In this document: positions 10,271 to 20,324 of the stretch, piece after piece
Layout of the letters: the number at the start of each line of letters is the position of its first letter
Numbering within the stretch: position 1 is the first letter of the stretch
Assembly: GCA_963705255.1 (NCBI GenBank)
Contig: OY970061.1
Coordinates: forward strand, 1,664,001-1,728,000
DNA from: an uncultured Methanoregulaceae archaeon
GTDB lineage: Archaea; Halobacteriota; Methanomicrobia; Methanomicrobiales; Methanospirillaceae
DNA: 64,000 nucleotides
Direction: 5' to 3'
Made by a program: the position numbers and the translations under genes
The notes under the pieces: generated by a model
What the model was told of the DNA's origin: nothing
The model's database searches: none
Seen by the model: the letters and a program-made list of their open reading frames with translations, nothing else

Positions 10271-11031
10271 CCGCCCTGCTCCCCCCTTACCCGTGTCCCG
10301 CCGTGGTCGGCCCCTGCAAGGAAGTCGCCGACCCGCGAGACATGAAATATGTCCGACCCGATCCCCTTATCCGCGAGACCGAGCAGTTCATCAATTTTCC
10401 CTCTCATTCCACCGGTTACATCGGTATGTCTTGAGTCGCCGATCTGGAGCGATGCGGCCGTGGCCCGGGTAATCTCCGGCACCACGCGCCCTCCATCCAG
10501 CACTCCCGGTACATCGGTGGCGAGCCCGACGCGGTCGATCGCAAGGCCGACCGCGAGGTAGCGCACGAGCTGGTCGCCCGATACGATACAGGCCCCGCGT
10601 GAGAGGTCCATCACCACGTCTCCGTGGATCACAGGGACCATCCCGAGAGAGAGCATCGTATCCAGGTGCCGGCACTCGAACGTGACGAGACGCCCGTCGT
10701 CCGCCACCCCGGTATGGAGGGGGTGGACGCCGACTGCGGCGACCCCCTTCTCCCGGAGCGATTCCACGACCGCGTCGTTGAGGCCGCTGACCGCCCGGTT
10801 CGTCACGTAGATCCCTTCGGTATGCCCGGCCGTGGCACCCTTATCGAGCTGGTAGCGTCTCGCTTCCGGGTGGCCGCAGGAACCGGCGCCGTGGATGACC
10901 ACGATCCCGCCTGCCTTCGCTCCGGCGATGGCAGAGGCGATCTCCGAGAGGCGCCCGCGGTTGACGGCGCAGCCGGCACTCTTGTCCGTGATGACACTCC
11001 CGCCGAGTTTCAGGATGACGCGGTCAGACAT
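10267..11031 (-). CDS. ipk: Isopentenyl phosphate kinase
   Basis: Probable start MSDRVILKLGGSVITDK at 11031; 'HGAGSCGH', 'SGDQL', 'DVTGGMRGK'. Confidence 0.93.
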   Translation of the reverse strand: MSDRVILKLGGSVITDKSAGCAVNRGRLSEIASAIAGAKAGGIVVIHGAGSCGHPEARRYQLDKGATAGHTEGIYVTNRAVSGLNDAVVESLREKGVAAVGVHPLHTGVADDGRLVTFECRHLDTMLSLGMVPVIHGDVVMDLSRGACIVSGDQLVRYLAVGLAIDRVGLATDVPGVLDGGRVVPEITRATAASLQIGDSRHTDVTGGMRGKIDELLGLADKGIGSDIFHVSRVGDFLAGADHGGTRVRGEQGG

Positions 11032-11893
11032 TTTTCTCCTTGCGCACGCCTTCCGTGTCGATACCCGTGACGATCGCCCGGGCCTCGCAGGCCTCGATAG
11101 CGCCCGCGACCCGGTGCTTGAGCGGCTTGGGGCAGAGCGCCACCATGCACCCGCCCCCGCCGGCTCCCGTGATCTTTGCGCCGAACGCACCTGCCGAGCG
11201 GGCGGCGAGCACGAGTCTTGAGAGCTGCGGGTGGCCGACGCCGAGCACTTCCAGCAGGGCATGGTTCATGTTCATGTAACTCCCCAGTTCCTTCGGGTTG
11301 CTGAGGTGGTGGATCGCGCTCATGCTCACGCCTTCGATCGCGTCCAGTACCGGGTCCACGATAGCGGGGTGGTTCTTCTTGAGTTCGCTCACCTGTTCCA
11401 CCATCTTTGAGGTATTGTGCGAGACCAGGGAATCACCGACTACGAGGTGCATGTTCTGGGGCGGGAGCCTTCTTCTGGAACCACCGCTGATGAGGATGAT
11501 CCCGCCGTACGTGGAGACCGTGGTATCCGTGGGGCTCGCCCGCCCTTTCTGCACCGTCTTCTCGATCTCGAACGCCATGTCTGCAATATCTTCCCGGTTT
11601 TTATGGAGCGCGAACTCGTCGTTGATCGCCGAGAGGGTCGCAACGGTCACGGCAGCGGACGACCCGAGGCCCGAGGAGCTCGGGATCTGCGAGTTGATGT
11701 AGACGCTGCCCACGACGCCCATCGCCTCGAAACACCCGTCGATATAGGGCGATTTTGCCCGCTGGGCGTGCCGGGTATTCCGCACGGTGACAAACACGCG
11801 GGGCTTTATGGCCATTGCTATGCCGGGCTTTCCGTATACTACTGCATGCTCGCCGAACAAAAATACCTTGCCCGGCGCACTCCATGTTGCCAA
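11024..11893 (-). CDS. mvk: Mevalonate kinase
   Basis: 'APGKVFLFGEHAVVYG', 'IPSSSGLGSSAA', 'KITGAGGGG'. Confidence 0.96.
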   Translation of the reverse strand: MATWSAPGKVFLFGEHAVVYGKPGIAMAIKPRVFVTVRNTRHAQRAKSPYIDGCFEAMGVVGSVYINSQIPSSSGLGSSAAVTVATLSAINDEFALHKNREDIADMAFEIEKTVQKGRASPTDTTVSTYGGIILISGGSRRRLPPQNMHLVVGDSLVSHNTSKMVEQVSELKKNHPAIVDPVLDAIEGVSMSAIHHLSNPKELGSYMNMNHALLEVLGVGHPQLSRLVLAARSAGAFGAKITGAGGGGCMVALCPKPLKHRVAGAIEACEARAIVTGIDTEGVRKEKNV

Positions 11894-11894
11894 C

Positions 11895-12689
11895 CTAGAT
11901 CACCGCAATGGCTGCGTACCCCACGACCTCGCGATAATCGCCTGTCGTATCCCCGCTCGTCGCGTACCGGATGAGCTTTGCCGCCTTTGCCCCGAGCCTG
12001 CCGCACGCCGCCACCATGGCCGAGATGGGGCCGAACCCGCAGGCAGTCACCCGCCGCTCCTCAATCCGGCGGTAGAACTCCTTCGTGTCAAGAGCCAGGA
12101 GCGGTTCGATGGCCCAGAGGTCATCGGCTTTTGCCTTGCTCTCCGGCACATAGTGCGAGAAGTCGCTCGACGCCACGATCCTGATCTCCCTGTTGGTCCG
12201 CCTGACCGCCGCAAGGATCTTCTCCGCAAGCCGCATCGCGCTCGGGTAGTCCTGCTGCCCCATCATAACCGGTGCTATCCGCGCCCGCGGGAAGCGGTAC
12301 TTGATGAACGGCATCTGGACCTCGATGGAGTGCTCGTCCCGGTGGGATATCTCGTCCGTCTCGATACTGAGGGCCTGGACAAATTCAGTGTCCGTATCGA
12401 TCACACCGAACGGGGTCTCCCACGGGATCTCGGAGACGCAGTTGATGTACCCGCGGTGGGACGGGCCGATCACGACGAAAGTCCCTGAAAAGTCAGGAAC
12501 GATCGAGCTGAAGGCATGGGCGGCAACCTGGCCTGAATAGATATACCCGGCGTGGGGGGATACGATACCGAGCGGATTCCCGCCCTCCGGTGCTGTGCCT
12601 GAGAAGAACTTCTCCAGCAACTGCTCCAGGTGGGAGGGCTCGCGCGGATAAAACATGCCAGCCACTGCGCATGTACGCATCTTCATCAA
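11895..12689 (-). CDS. MEMO1 / AmmeMemoRadiSam system protein B
   Basis: 'AVAGMFYP', 'PHAGYIYSG', 'EHSIEVQ', 'ASSDFSHY', 'CGFGP', 'VVGYA'. Confidence 0.93.
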   Translation of the reverse strand: MMKMRTCAVAGMFYPREPSHLEQLLEKFFSGTAPEGGNPLGIVSPHAGYIYSGQVAAHAFSSIVPDFSGTFVVIGPSHRGYINCVSEIPWETPFGVIDTDTEFVQALSIETDEISHRDEHSIEVQMPFIKYRFPRARIAPVMMGQQDYPSAMRLAEKILAAVRRTNREIRIVASSDFSHYVPESKAKADDLWAIEPLLALDTKEFYRRIEERRVTACGFGPISAMVAACGRLGAKAAKLIRYATSGDTTGDYREVVGYAAIAVI

Positions 12690-12751
12690 ATCAACCCTCT
12701 GGTCGAACTGGTATATCTAACGATCGGTCGCCCAAAAAGAAGGGGACCGGT

Positions 12752-13363
12752 CTAGAATTCAGTCTCGAAGTCCTCGGGCGCGAGTGCCGTCGAGATCCCG
12801 CGGAGACGCAGCATCTCGCGGGTCAGGAGGAAGTAGATCATCGAGAGCGCCTTGCGGCCCTTGTTGTTGGTCGGGATGACCAGGTCGACGAACTTGGTCA
12901 TGTTGTTGGTGTCGCAGAGTGCGAGCACGGGGATGCCGCACTGGACTGCCTCGTTGATGACCTGCGCGTCGCCGATCGGGTCGGTCACGACGATGACCTG
13001 CGGCTCGATATAGCCGTCGAGAACCGGGTTGGTCAGGAGGCCCGGGATGAACCGCCCGGTCGCCGACATGGCACCGATGGTGTCGGCAAACTTCTTGGCC
13101 GGGTACTGGCCGTACTGGCGGGAGGTGACGACGAGGATATTCGGGGCCTCGTACTGGTTTAAGAATTTGGCGGCGGTCTTGATCCGGGCGTCGGTCTCGC
13201 GGATATCGAGGATGTAGAGGCCATCGCCGCGGACGCGGTAGATGAACTTCTTCATGTCCTCGCTCTTCTGCTGGGTGCCGATGTGGACGCCGGCAGCAAG
13301 GTACTCCTCGACGGGGATGAGCGGTTCTTTCAGTTCGATTTCCATTTCGTTTACAGTGGTCAT
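12752..13363 (-). CDS. rps2: 30S ribosomal protein uS2
   Basis: '[13 protein letters not shown]', '[11 protein letters not shown]', 'ALCDTNN', '[11 protein letters not shown]'. Confidence 0.97.
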   Translation of the reverse strand: MTTVNEMEIELKEPLIPVEEYLAAGVHIGTQQKSEDMKKFIYRVRGDGLYILDIRETDARIKTAAKFLNQYEAPNILVVTSRQYGQYPAKKFADTIGAMSATGRFIPGLLTNPVLDGYIEPQVIVVTDPIGDAQVINEAVQCGIPVLALCDTNNMTKFVDLVIPTNNKGRKALSMIYFLLTREMLRLRGISTALAPEDFETEF

Positions 13364-14548
13364 AGCTGTTCCTCTATGCGAATCAGTTCGTTCAGTTTTG
13401 CAACGCGTTCCCCGCCGACAATACCGCATTTTAAGAAAATACAGGAGAAGGCTGTGGCAAGGTGCGCAATCGAATTGTCGGTTGTCTCCCCGGAGCGGTG
13501 GCTCATCACCGTGTCCAGCCCGTGGGTGTGGGAGAGCTGCACCGCTTCGAAGGTGTCGGTGAGGGTCCCCACCTGGTTGGGTTTTATCAGCACGCAGTTT
13601 GCGGAGTCCTTCTCGATGCCCTGCTGGATGCGGTCGACCTGCGTGACGAAGATGTCATCCCCGCAGACCAGGCAGCGGCTGCCTACCTGGCTGTTGAGTT
13701 CCGCGAATGCGTCGAAGTCGTCCTCGTGGAGGGGGTCTTCCACGTAGACAAGGTTGTACTTGTCCACGAGCTCGGCGATATAGGCGACCTGGTCTTCGGT
13801 CGATCGTACCTTCTGGCGGTACCGGTATGCTTCCCCGTTCCACATCTGGCTTGCAGCGACATCGATACCCATGTCAACCGTGATATTCATCTCGTCGGCA
13901 ACTGTCGTGGTCGCCTCAGCAATCGAGCTCAAATGCGAGGGCGTCGTCGATCTGCGGTGCCCATGCACCCTCATCACCCTTGCCGGCGGCTTTTCCCTGT
14001 TTCTTTAAGAGTTCTTTCACCGTCCGGTGGACGGCGGCGTTGGCGAACACCGCTTCTTCTGCGTCGGCTGCGTCCCCGGGGACAATCAGGAATTCCTGGA
14101 TCTCGGTCGAGTTGGCCGCATGCGCCCCGCCCCCGATCACGTTCCCGAGGGGGAGAGGGAGCTCCCTGACGAATGCCCCGCCAAGATAGCGGAAGAGCGG
14201 GATGTCCAGTGCCGATGCCGCGGCCTTCGCATTGGCAAGCGAGAGGGCGACCGCAACATTTGCCCCGATCCCGGCGAAATTGGCAGTCCCGTCGATGTCC
14301 CGGAGCTGTTCGTCAAACCCTTCCTGGTCGGCCGCGTCCATCCCGATGAGCGCGGGAAGGACGTTCTGGACGGCATAATCGACCGCCTCTTTCGGCGGCC
14401 TGACCTTCGCCTCGAGCGAACCGGTGCTGGCGCCGCCGGGGGCTGCCGACCTGCCAAAGCCGCCCGACGTGTAGATATCGGCTTCAACGGTCGCGTTGCC
14501 CCGGCTGTCCAGGATGGTCCGGAGTTCGATAACCTCAATGGTCGTCAT
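13360..14548 (-). CDS. eno: Enolase (split by one indel near 13925)
   Basis: '[13 protein letters not shown]', '[10 protein letters not shown]', 'GDEGAWAP' in the first ORF; 'YVEDPL', '[10 protein letters not shown]', 'SHRSGET' in the second. Confidence 0.93.
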
Positions 14549-14555
14549 ATGTCCT

Positions 14556-14729
14556 CTACTTCCTCTTTACGGTAATGGGGATGGTGTTGTTGTTGAATTC
14601 CTCGATCGCAATCTCCAGCGGATCGATCCGTGTCGTGGTGATGAGTAACGGAGCACCCATTGATATCTGCAGAGCCCTTGCTCCAATGATCCTTGCCCGT
14701 TCGTACCGGGTATAAGTCTGCGTCTGCAT
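14556..14729 (-). CDS. rpoK: RNA polymerase subunit Rpo6 (K); absent from the supplied ORF track
   Basis: Manual translation [27 protein letters not shown]...IPITVKRK* (57 aa). Confidence 0.95.
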   Translation of the reverse strand: MQTQTYTRYERARIIGARALQISMGAPLLITTTRIDPLEIAIEEFNNNTIPITVKRK

Positions 14730-14764
14730 TCTTCTTCCTCAAAATGTCTGCAATCTCGAAAATA

Positions 14765-14839
14765 TGGGGTCGCTGAGATTCGAACTCAGGTCACTGCGTC
14801 CCGAACGCAATAGGATGGTCCAGGCTACCCTACGACCCC
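14765..14839 (-). tRNA. tRNA-Pro(CGG)
   Basis: Reverse complement GGGGTCGTAGGGTAGCCTGG...TTGCG-TTCGGGA-CGCAG...GTTCGAATC...CGACCCCA folds as a cloverleaf with anticodon CGG. Confidence 0.95.
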
Positions 14840-14857
14840 GCGATCATACGTTCTCTC

Positions 14858-15046
14858 TTACTGGTACGGGTTGAGCTCATCAATGATCTCTTTGTGGGTC
14901 AGGAGCATGCGCCTGCAGCAGTAGCGGGAAATTTTGAGATCGTCGAGAATCTTCTTGGGATCCTCGCCTCTCTCCCGTCTCGCCCTGAACTCTTCCCAGG
15001 CTGTGGATATCGGTTTCCCACAGGTGAAACATCGAACGGGTATCAC
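14858..15046 (-). CDS. rpoN: RNA polymerase subunit Rpo10 (N)
   Basis: '[10 protein letters not shown]', '[11 protein letters not shown]'. Confidence 0.97.
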   Translation of the reverse strand: MIPVRCFTCGKPISTAWEEFRARRERGEDPKKILDDLKISRYCCRRMLLTHKEIIDELNPYQ

Positions 15047-15075
15047 GATTTTAACCTCTCATCATATCTTCTGGT

Positions 15076-15477
15076 TTAACGATAAGACTTTTGGAACTTC
15101 TTGCGTGCACCGCGGCCGTGCGGTTTCTTGGTCTCTTTCTGGCGCGAGTCGTTGACGAGGAGCGTCCTGTCATAGGCCAGGTAGATGTCCTTCATCTGGG
15201 GGTCGTTGTGCCATTTGATGATGCCGCGGGCGAGTGCCGTCCGGACTGCTTCCGCCTGTCCCATGACACCGCCGCCGGCTACGTCGATGGTGACATCGAT
15301 GCCGTGGACCGCGTTGGGGACGAGGAGGATCGGTTCGGCGATCTTCATCCGGGTGGTATCGGAGCCGTAGGCTTCGAGAGGGACCGAGTTGACCCGGATC
15401 ACGCCTTTGCCCGCCTTCAGGGTCGCCCGTGCGATTGCCGTTTTGCGTTTTCCGCTTGTGTTGATGATCTTTACCAT
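15076..15477 (-). CDS. rps9: 30S ribosomal protein uS9
   Basis: 'SGKRKTAIARA', 'GGGVMGQAEA', 'GARKKFQKSYR'. Confidence 0.97.
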   Translation of the reverse strand: MVKIINTSGKRKTAIARATLKAGKGVIRVNSVPLEAYGSDTTRMKIAEPILLVPNAVHGIDVTIDVAGGGVMGQAEAVRTALARGIIKWHNDPQMKDIYLAYDRTLLVNDSRQKETKKPHGRGARKKFQKSYR

Positions 15478-15487
15478 GGTGGCCACC

Positions 15488-15916
15488 TTAGAACTTTGCT
15501 CCGAGGAACGTGCACACTGCTGCGAGCGTGACATGGTTCGGGTTGTTCAGACGGTTCATGTGCGCTTCTTCCGGCACTTCCATCTCCTTTCCGACGAGAT
15601 CGACCGGGATGCCGACATAGCACCTGATGGCCTTCATCGCCTCGACGCCGCGGGGGCGTTTGTAGGGGAGCATGCCGCGGATCGTCCGCTTCATGAGGTG
15701 GTCAGGCCGGCGCGGGACGAACGGTCCCCAGCGGTTGCCGGAGGCGCCGCGTTCCCTCTTGTGCCGGTAGTTGGCGAGCACCCGGGCGCGGCTGCCGGAG
15801 ATTACCACTTTCTCGACATTGACAATGGCGATCTCTTCGCCCGCAAGCCCGCGCTGTGCGACAAGGCTTGCAAGGCGCCCGAGGAGCAGTCCGTCACCGT
15901 TGATTACTGTAACCAT
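15488..15916 (-). CDS. rpl13: 50S ribosomal protein uL13
   Basis: 'LLGRLAS', '[11 protein letters not shown]'. Confidence 0.97.
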   Translation of the reverse strand: MVTVINGDGLLLGRLASLVAQRGLAGEEIAIVNVEKVVISGSRARVLANYRHKRERGASGNRWGPFVPRRPDHLMKRTIRGMLPYKRPRGVEAMKAIRCYVGIPVDLVGKEMEVPEEAHMNRLNNPNHVTLAAVCTFLGAKF

Positions 15917-15923
15917 ATCTTCT

Positions 15924-16289
15924 TCACCTCAGGATCCGGACACCGCTTCCCTTGGGGTTGTCCTGCAGGAGCTGCTCGATCGTCATGCACTGCCCTTTCG
16001 CGTCCCTGATCTTGCTGGTCGCGGATGCCGAGAAGTTCAGTGCCGCTACTTTCACGGACTGTTCCAGCACGCCGCTTCCCAGTACCTTGCCGGGAACAAT
16101 GATCGTCTCACCGTTCTGGGCATAGCGGTTGATCTTGGACAGGTTGACCTCCGCATAGTTCCGGTTCGGGGTCTCCAGCCTGCTCGCGATCTCGCGCCAG
16201 ATCTTGGCCTCATTCTCACGCGACTTGTTCTTCAAGAGCGAAATGAGGCTGGTAAGACGGGGGTTCGTCTTCTCCACAATTCTTGTCAT
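15924..16289 (-). CDS. rpl18e: 50S ribosomal protein eL18
   Basis: 'KTNPRL', 'EVNLSKINR', 'VPGKVLGSG', '[10 protein letters not shown]'. Confidence 0.97.
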   Translation of the reverse strand: MTRIVEKTNPRLTSLISLLKNKSRENEAKIWREIASRLETPNRNYAEVNLSKINRYAQNGETIIVPGKVLGSGVLEQSVKVAALNFSASATSKIRDAKGQCMTIEQLLQDNPKGSGVRILR

Positions 16290-16315
16290 CTCTTCTCATC
16301 CCCTGATAGTTCGCC

Positions 16316-17116
16316 TCACTGTTTTTCCAGCTCGTCTGCCTGCTCCCTGATATACTGCAGTGCACGGTTCATGATCTCTTTTGCCGTGAGCGACCCGTCG
16401 CTCTCGACCACGAAGATATAACGGTCTTTCTCGGCGGATATGACGATTGCCGGTTCTTCCCCGATCCCGCTCGCAAGGCACGCCCGTTCGCAGAGCCTGC
16501 ACATGGAGCAGTCGGGGAGTTTTCCGCTGACTACACCGACTTTCTTTCCCTTCACTTCCAGGACCCCGCGCGGGCATTCGTCAACGCAGAGGCCGCAGGC
16601 ATCGCAGGCGTCGCTGATGGCGAGGACCGGGTGGTTCTTGTACCCGCAGACGAGCGTCGGCTGCCACTTGGCATGCATCCTGCCGGTATTGAGGGTCGCA
16701 CGCGCCTCGATGACGAGTTTCTGCCCTTTCGTGAGTTTCACGATCGGGATGTTCCCGTGCACCGGTGCCACTTTGGGGTCCTGCGGGATGAGGTCGCTCG
16801 AGGTGACCACCCGGGGGCCCTCGACACTGAGCGTGTAGGTGGCCGTGCAGGCCGGGCATCCCGCCCCGCCGCACGAACAAGTGTCTTGGGTCGAGTAGCT
16901 CTGGAGATCTGTCTTGATGGGGATGAGCCCGAGACGGTGTGCCAGCATCTCGTCGAAGAGTGCGCTCGTGTTGTCGTAGATGCGCACATCCTCGATCGCG
17001 AGGGTCGGCACCTCGCCGATCATTGCCCGCCTGAACGCGTTGGCAAATGCCGGGCTCGCTCCCGAAAGGGTGAATCGTGCGAGGGAGTCGTCCAGACTGG
17101 CGATTACGATCTCCAT
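16316..17116 (-). CDS. rpoD: RNA polymerase subunit Rpo3 (D) with ferredoxin-like Fe-S insertion
   Basis: 'ANAFRRAMIGEVPTLAI', 'LAHRLGLIP', 'HAKWQP'; motifs CDACGLCVDECP and CSMCRLCERAC. Confidence 0.96.
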   Translation of the reverse strand: MEIVIASLDDSLARFTLSGASPAFANAFRRAMIGEVPTLAIEDVRIYDNTSALFDEMLAHRLGLIPIKTDLQSYSTQDTCSCGGAGCPACTATYTLSVEGPRVVTSSDLIPQDPKVAPVHGNIPIVKLTKGQKLVIEARATLNTGRMHAKWQPTLVCGYKNHPVLAISDACDACGLCVDECPRGVLEVKGKKVGVVSGKLPDCSMCRLCERACLASGIGEEPAIVISAEKDRYIFVVESDGSLTAKEIMNRALQYIREQADELEKQ

Positions 17117-17514
17117 CACACTCTCCTTCCCCGCCTGCCGCCTTTCGGCCTGCAGGAGTCATGGGGGATTGGCGTGACATCTTCGATACGCCCGATGCGC
17201 ATGCCGGCACGGGCGAGCGCACGGATGGCTGCCTGGGCGCCCGGCCCGGGGCTGCGCTGCTTGCCCTGCCCAGGTGCACGCACCCTGACATGGACGCCGA
17301 CGATCCCTTTCTCGCGGGCGGTCTGGGCCACGTTACTGGCCATCTGCATCGCCGCATAGGGCGAGCTCTCGTTCCGGTCCTGCTTGACGACCATCCCGCC
17401 GCTGCTCTTGGTCACGGTCTCCGCGCCGGAGAGGTCGGTGATGGTGATGATCGTGTTGTTGAAGGACGCAAAGATGTGGGCAATGCCCCACTTTTCCTTC
17501 TCGTTTGCCGCCAT
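17116..17514 (-). CDS. rps11: 30S ribosomal protein uS11
   Basis: '[10 protein letters not shown]', 'ESSPYAAM', '[12 protein letters not shown]'. Confidence 0.97.
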   Translation of the reverse strand: MAANEKEKWGIAHIFASFNNTIITITDLSGAETVTKSSGGMVVKQDRNESSPYAAMQMASNVAQTAREKGIVGVHVRVRAPGQGKQRSPGPGAQAAIRALARAGMRIGRIEDVTPIPHDSCRPKGGRRGRRV

Positions 17515-17517
17515 GGT

Positions 17518-18120
17518 CTATCTCCTCCCTCCCCGACCCTGGTACCCGCCGTATCCGCCGGGTGCCGGCTTGGGGTTGGACGCGGGTTTTGCAATCCTTA
17601 CTTTCTCGGAGTGGGAGTCGGACAGGAACGGGGATGTGCCGTAGTAGGCGATCTGGGTCTCCTCGGTCCTGTTCACGCGGTAGCCGGGGATGCTGGTGCG
17701 CCTGCCGCCGATCGCGATGTGCCCGTGGGTGATGAGCTGCCGGGCCTGTTTCGGCGAGCGGGCCAGTCCCTTGCGGTACACGAGGGTCTGCAGGCGGCGT
17801 TCGAGCTGGGCCTGCACCTTGAGCGAGAGGACATCTTCGATGTCCGCGTCGGGGCCGAGAAGGCCTCCCCTCTGCAGGGAAGTGATCAGTTCGGCCTTCT
17901 TGTTTTCGTAGAGCTGGGTATCGGCTGCGCTCGAACCGAGGGCGAGGAGACCGCGGGCGCCCTTGCGGTACTTGCGGAGCACGGCCTGGGCCTTCCAGAC
18001 CTCGCGCTTGTTCCGGAGACCGTACTCGATGACGAGACGGGTCTCGGCCTCGATGCGGGTCTTCTCGAAAGGGCGCTTGGGGGCCTGGTAGGACTTGTGG
18101 TTCTTGCCTGGGTATCCCAT
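17518..18120 (-). CDS. rps4: 30S ribosomal protein uS4
   Basis: '[10 protein letters not shown]', 'LERRLQTLV', '[11 protein letters not shown]'. Confidence 0.97.
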   Translation of the reverse strand: MGYPGKNHKSYQAPKRPFEKTRIEAETRLVIEYGLRNKREVWKAQAVLRKYRKGARGLLALGSSAADTQLYENKKAELITSLQRGGLLGPDADIEDVLSLKVQAQLERRLQTLVYRKGLARSPKQARQLITHGHIAIGGRRTSIPGYRVNRTEETQIAYYGTSPFLSDSHSEKVRIAKPASNPKPAPGGYGGYQGRGGRR

Positions 18121-18122
18121 GA

Positions 18123-18584
18123 TCAGCTTCCTCCGACTTTCTTCTTGCTCACGCCAACGGTCTTACCGGTCCTGCCGGTCGACTTGGTGCGCTGCCCGCG
18201 GACTTTCTGGCCGGTCTCGTGCCGGATGCCCCGGTAGCAGCGGATCTTCCTCATCAGGTTGACGTCCTCGTCCTTCGCGAGCCCGACATCGGGACCGAGC
18301 AGGTGTTTTGCCTCGCCGGTGTAGACGTCCTTGGGACGGTTCGCCATCCAGGACGGGATCTTCGATGAGTACTGTTCTACAGCGGTGCGGAGCCGGTTGA
18401 CCGAGTCCTCGTCAAGGCGGCCGAGCGAGGCGTACTCGTCGACTTTCGCCATGCGGGAGATCACCGATGAGGTATGCCTGCCGACACCCTTGATGCCGGT
18501 GAGGGCGACCCTCACGGATTTGGTACCATCCAGATCGGTAGTGCCAACCCTTACAAAGTATCGTATTTCTTCTTCCTGAGCCAT
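18123..18584 (-). CDS. rps13: 30S ribosomal protein uS13
   Basis: 'ALTGIKGVG', '[22 protein letters not shown]'. Confidence 0.97.
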   Translation of the reverse strand: MAQEEEIRYFVRVGTTDLDGTKSVRVALTGIKGVGRHTSSVISRMAKVDEYASLGRLDEDSVNRLRTAVEQYSSKIPSWMANRPKDVYTGEAKHLLGPDVGLAKDEDVNLMRKIRCYRGIRHETGQKVRGQRTKSTGRTGKTVGVSKKKVGGS

Positions 18585-18619
18585 CCAATCCCCTCGATTT
18601 GTGAGATTTTCTCTTTGAG

Positions 18620-18704
18620 CGCTGAGGGAGGGATTTGAACCCTCGAGTCCTTTTGGGACACAGGTTTAGCAAACCTGCGCCATACCAGGCTTGGCTACCT
18701 CAAC
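18620..18704 (-). tRNA. tRNA-Ser(GCT)
   Basis: Reverse complement GTTGAGGTAGCCAAGCCTGG...CAGGT-TTGCTAA-ACCTG, long variable arm GTCCCAAAAGGAC, GGTTCAAATCC, CCTCAGCG. Confidence 0.95.
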
Positions 18705-18817
18705 AGAGGAATCTCGCATCTTACTACAGACACTCGCAGCGGGGAACCGCTGCTCCATGAATGGTGCTTTATAATATGGGCAGGTACGGGTAATAAGTGT
18801 TTGGGGTAGACCGGCTT

Positions 18818-18877
18818 TGCACGTAAAGTAGGTTTTTAACCCGACATTACGTGCAGACACCGGACTTTACGTGCAGA
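18818..18877. repeat. Three copies of a TTACGTGCA motif (one inverted, two direct)
   Basis: TGCACGTAAAGT (18818-18829) is the exact reverse complement of ACTTTACGTGCA (18864-18875); a third copy ATTACGTGCAGA lies at 18846-18857. Confidence 0.6.
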
Positions 18878-18933
18878 GTACAATAATGGGATAGGTTGAT
18901 AGCAAATCGGGAAAGATTACCTTCTGAACCTTA

Positions 18934-19116
18934 ATGAACACCCGTACTGAAACTCTTATTATTTTAATTGCATTTCTTATAATTTTGTTTGTGTTATTTC
19001 GAGGAGTATTTTTGGCAATGTGCCTTCTTGTTTATATGACTGTGATTGTTGCAGTAAAGTTCTATTCAAACGAGATAATTTCAGGGATTGTCAAATTCTT
19101 TCTATTCCCACAATAA
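18934..19116 (+). CDS. Small hydrophobic hypothetical protein
   Basis: 60-aa ORF with two hydrophobic stretches in AT-rich DNA; no recognisable motif. Confidence 0.3.
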   Translation: MNTRTETLIILIAFLIILFVLFRGVFLAMCLLVYMTVIVAVKFYSNEIISGIVKFFLFPQ

Positions 19117-19137
19117 GAAGAGAGACTCTTTAAAAAA

Positions 19138-19398
19138 TTATTTTATCGGCGTTTCATTCATCGCTGATTTGCCCAAGAAGTCTGGTGATATACCGTTCTC
19201 GTACATCTCATGGATGACCACTGTCAGATTGTACGCGACGATCTTTGCCAGCAATTCGTTTACCTGTGCCACTTGGTTCTTTGACTTGAGAGTTTCCCCA
19301 AACGTTCTCTTTATCGCCGCATTGGTTGATTCCACATTGCTGCGCTTGTGGTAGTGCTCCATGAACTCATCCTTGTTAAGCTGGAAGTAGTGGTACAT
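19138..19398 (-). mobile_element. C-terminal remnant of a DDE transposase (IS4/IS5/IS1182-like)
   Basis: 'EHYHKRSNVESTNAAIKR' matches the Y-x2-R-x3-E-x6-K signature; 'KIVAYNL'; the N-terminal part is missing. Confidence 0.8.
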
Positions 19399-19646
19399 TT
19401 TCTTCCAGATAGGAGAACCGCGAGTCCTGCCGGTTGCATGATTCTTAAACGGGATATAGGCAACCCCACCGCCAGCAGCACCGCCACCATCACCAGCACC
19501 AGGGCAAGTGGAATACGGAAAGGGGTCATGGGGCTGTCACCGGATTTTGTAAAGATTACCTGAACAGGAGAGTCAATCCGATCGGGTAAATATATTGTGA
19601 ACTATTTTTTGTCAAGTTATTGATCCGCCGCGGGACGCCGGACTTC

Positions 19647-19766
19647 TTATTGTTTTTTAGGATAATGTTTCAGAATTATTTCAGAAAAACTCACCTTATC
19701 ATTCTTTTTCAGGTTCCTGAGAAGTTCATACGCTTCTTCAGTTATCCTGATGTTTTTCCTGGCCAT
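19647..19766 (-). pseudogene. Short orphan VapB/DUF217-like antitoxin (39 aa, probably truncated)
   Basis: MARKNIRITEEAYELLRNLKKNDKVSFSEIIL resembles the archaeal 'K.I.I.EEAY..L...K....SFS.vI' antitoxin N-terminus; no PIN gene follows. Confidence 0.6.
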
Positions 19767-19981
19767 GATCTGTTTTGAGGATGTATCGGTATTTAATAAT
19801 AATTGCAGGGAATCTTGCCAAACTGACAACCCAACCCTAGCAGCACTATGGGACGACCGCAATTTCGGCATACCACTACGTATCTTTAGTCGGCAGATTG
19901 CAGGAACACACACATGCTTAGTACATTGTATTATTGGGGGTTGCCTGGTGGCATTCCGAGTCCGTTAGGGGGGGGGGATGA

Positions 19982-20278
19982 GAGGGGGTCGGATGGGTAC
20001 ATTTCATTATTGTGACCTGGTGTTCCAGGTTCGTTGTTTTCATTCTGGTATTGCCAGATTTCTGTCGTGGAAATAGAGCAGTCCCCGGTCGTTGCGGGAT
20101 CTTTTCGTACATCAAACAACCCTCCTAGTTTTTATTTGTACCCATGTGACCCCCTCAGACAAATTTTGTTTTTTGCGTGGACAGGCAAGAAAAAATGTTC
20201 GATTTTCCGACAGCAATTTACCGGCCTTGAGCGATCAGTGCATGGACAGTTTGGTGGAGGGGGTCGCATGGGTACAAA
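19982..20278. mobile_element. MITE-like element(s) defined by three copies of a 20-22 bp terminal motif
   Basis: GAGGGGGTCGGATGGGTACA (+, 19982-20001), GAGGGGGTCACATGGGTACAAA (-, 20135-20156), GAGGGGGTCGCATGGGTACAAA (+, 20257-20278). Confidence 0.6.
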
Positions 20279-20324
20279 CATGATCAATGGTGACCCCCAA
20301 GGGGGCCAGCAGGGTCAGGTGGGT

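Noticed and set aside
13360-14548. Split enolase or programmed frameshift
   Set aside because: A single indel among many similar ones in the window; no clear slippery site or stimulatory structure.
16316-17116. Fe-S ferredoxin domain in Rpo3 as a novelty
   Set aside because: Already known for Rpo3 in many archaea, including Methanomicrobia.
18620-20300. tRNA-targeted integrated element at tRNA-Ser
   Set aside because: The accessory DNA lies on the 5' side of the tRNA; no integrase and no duplicated tRNA 3' end were seen.
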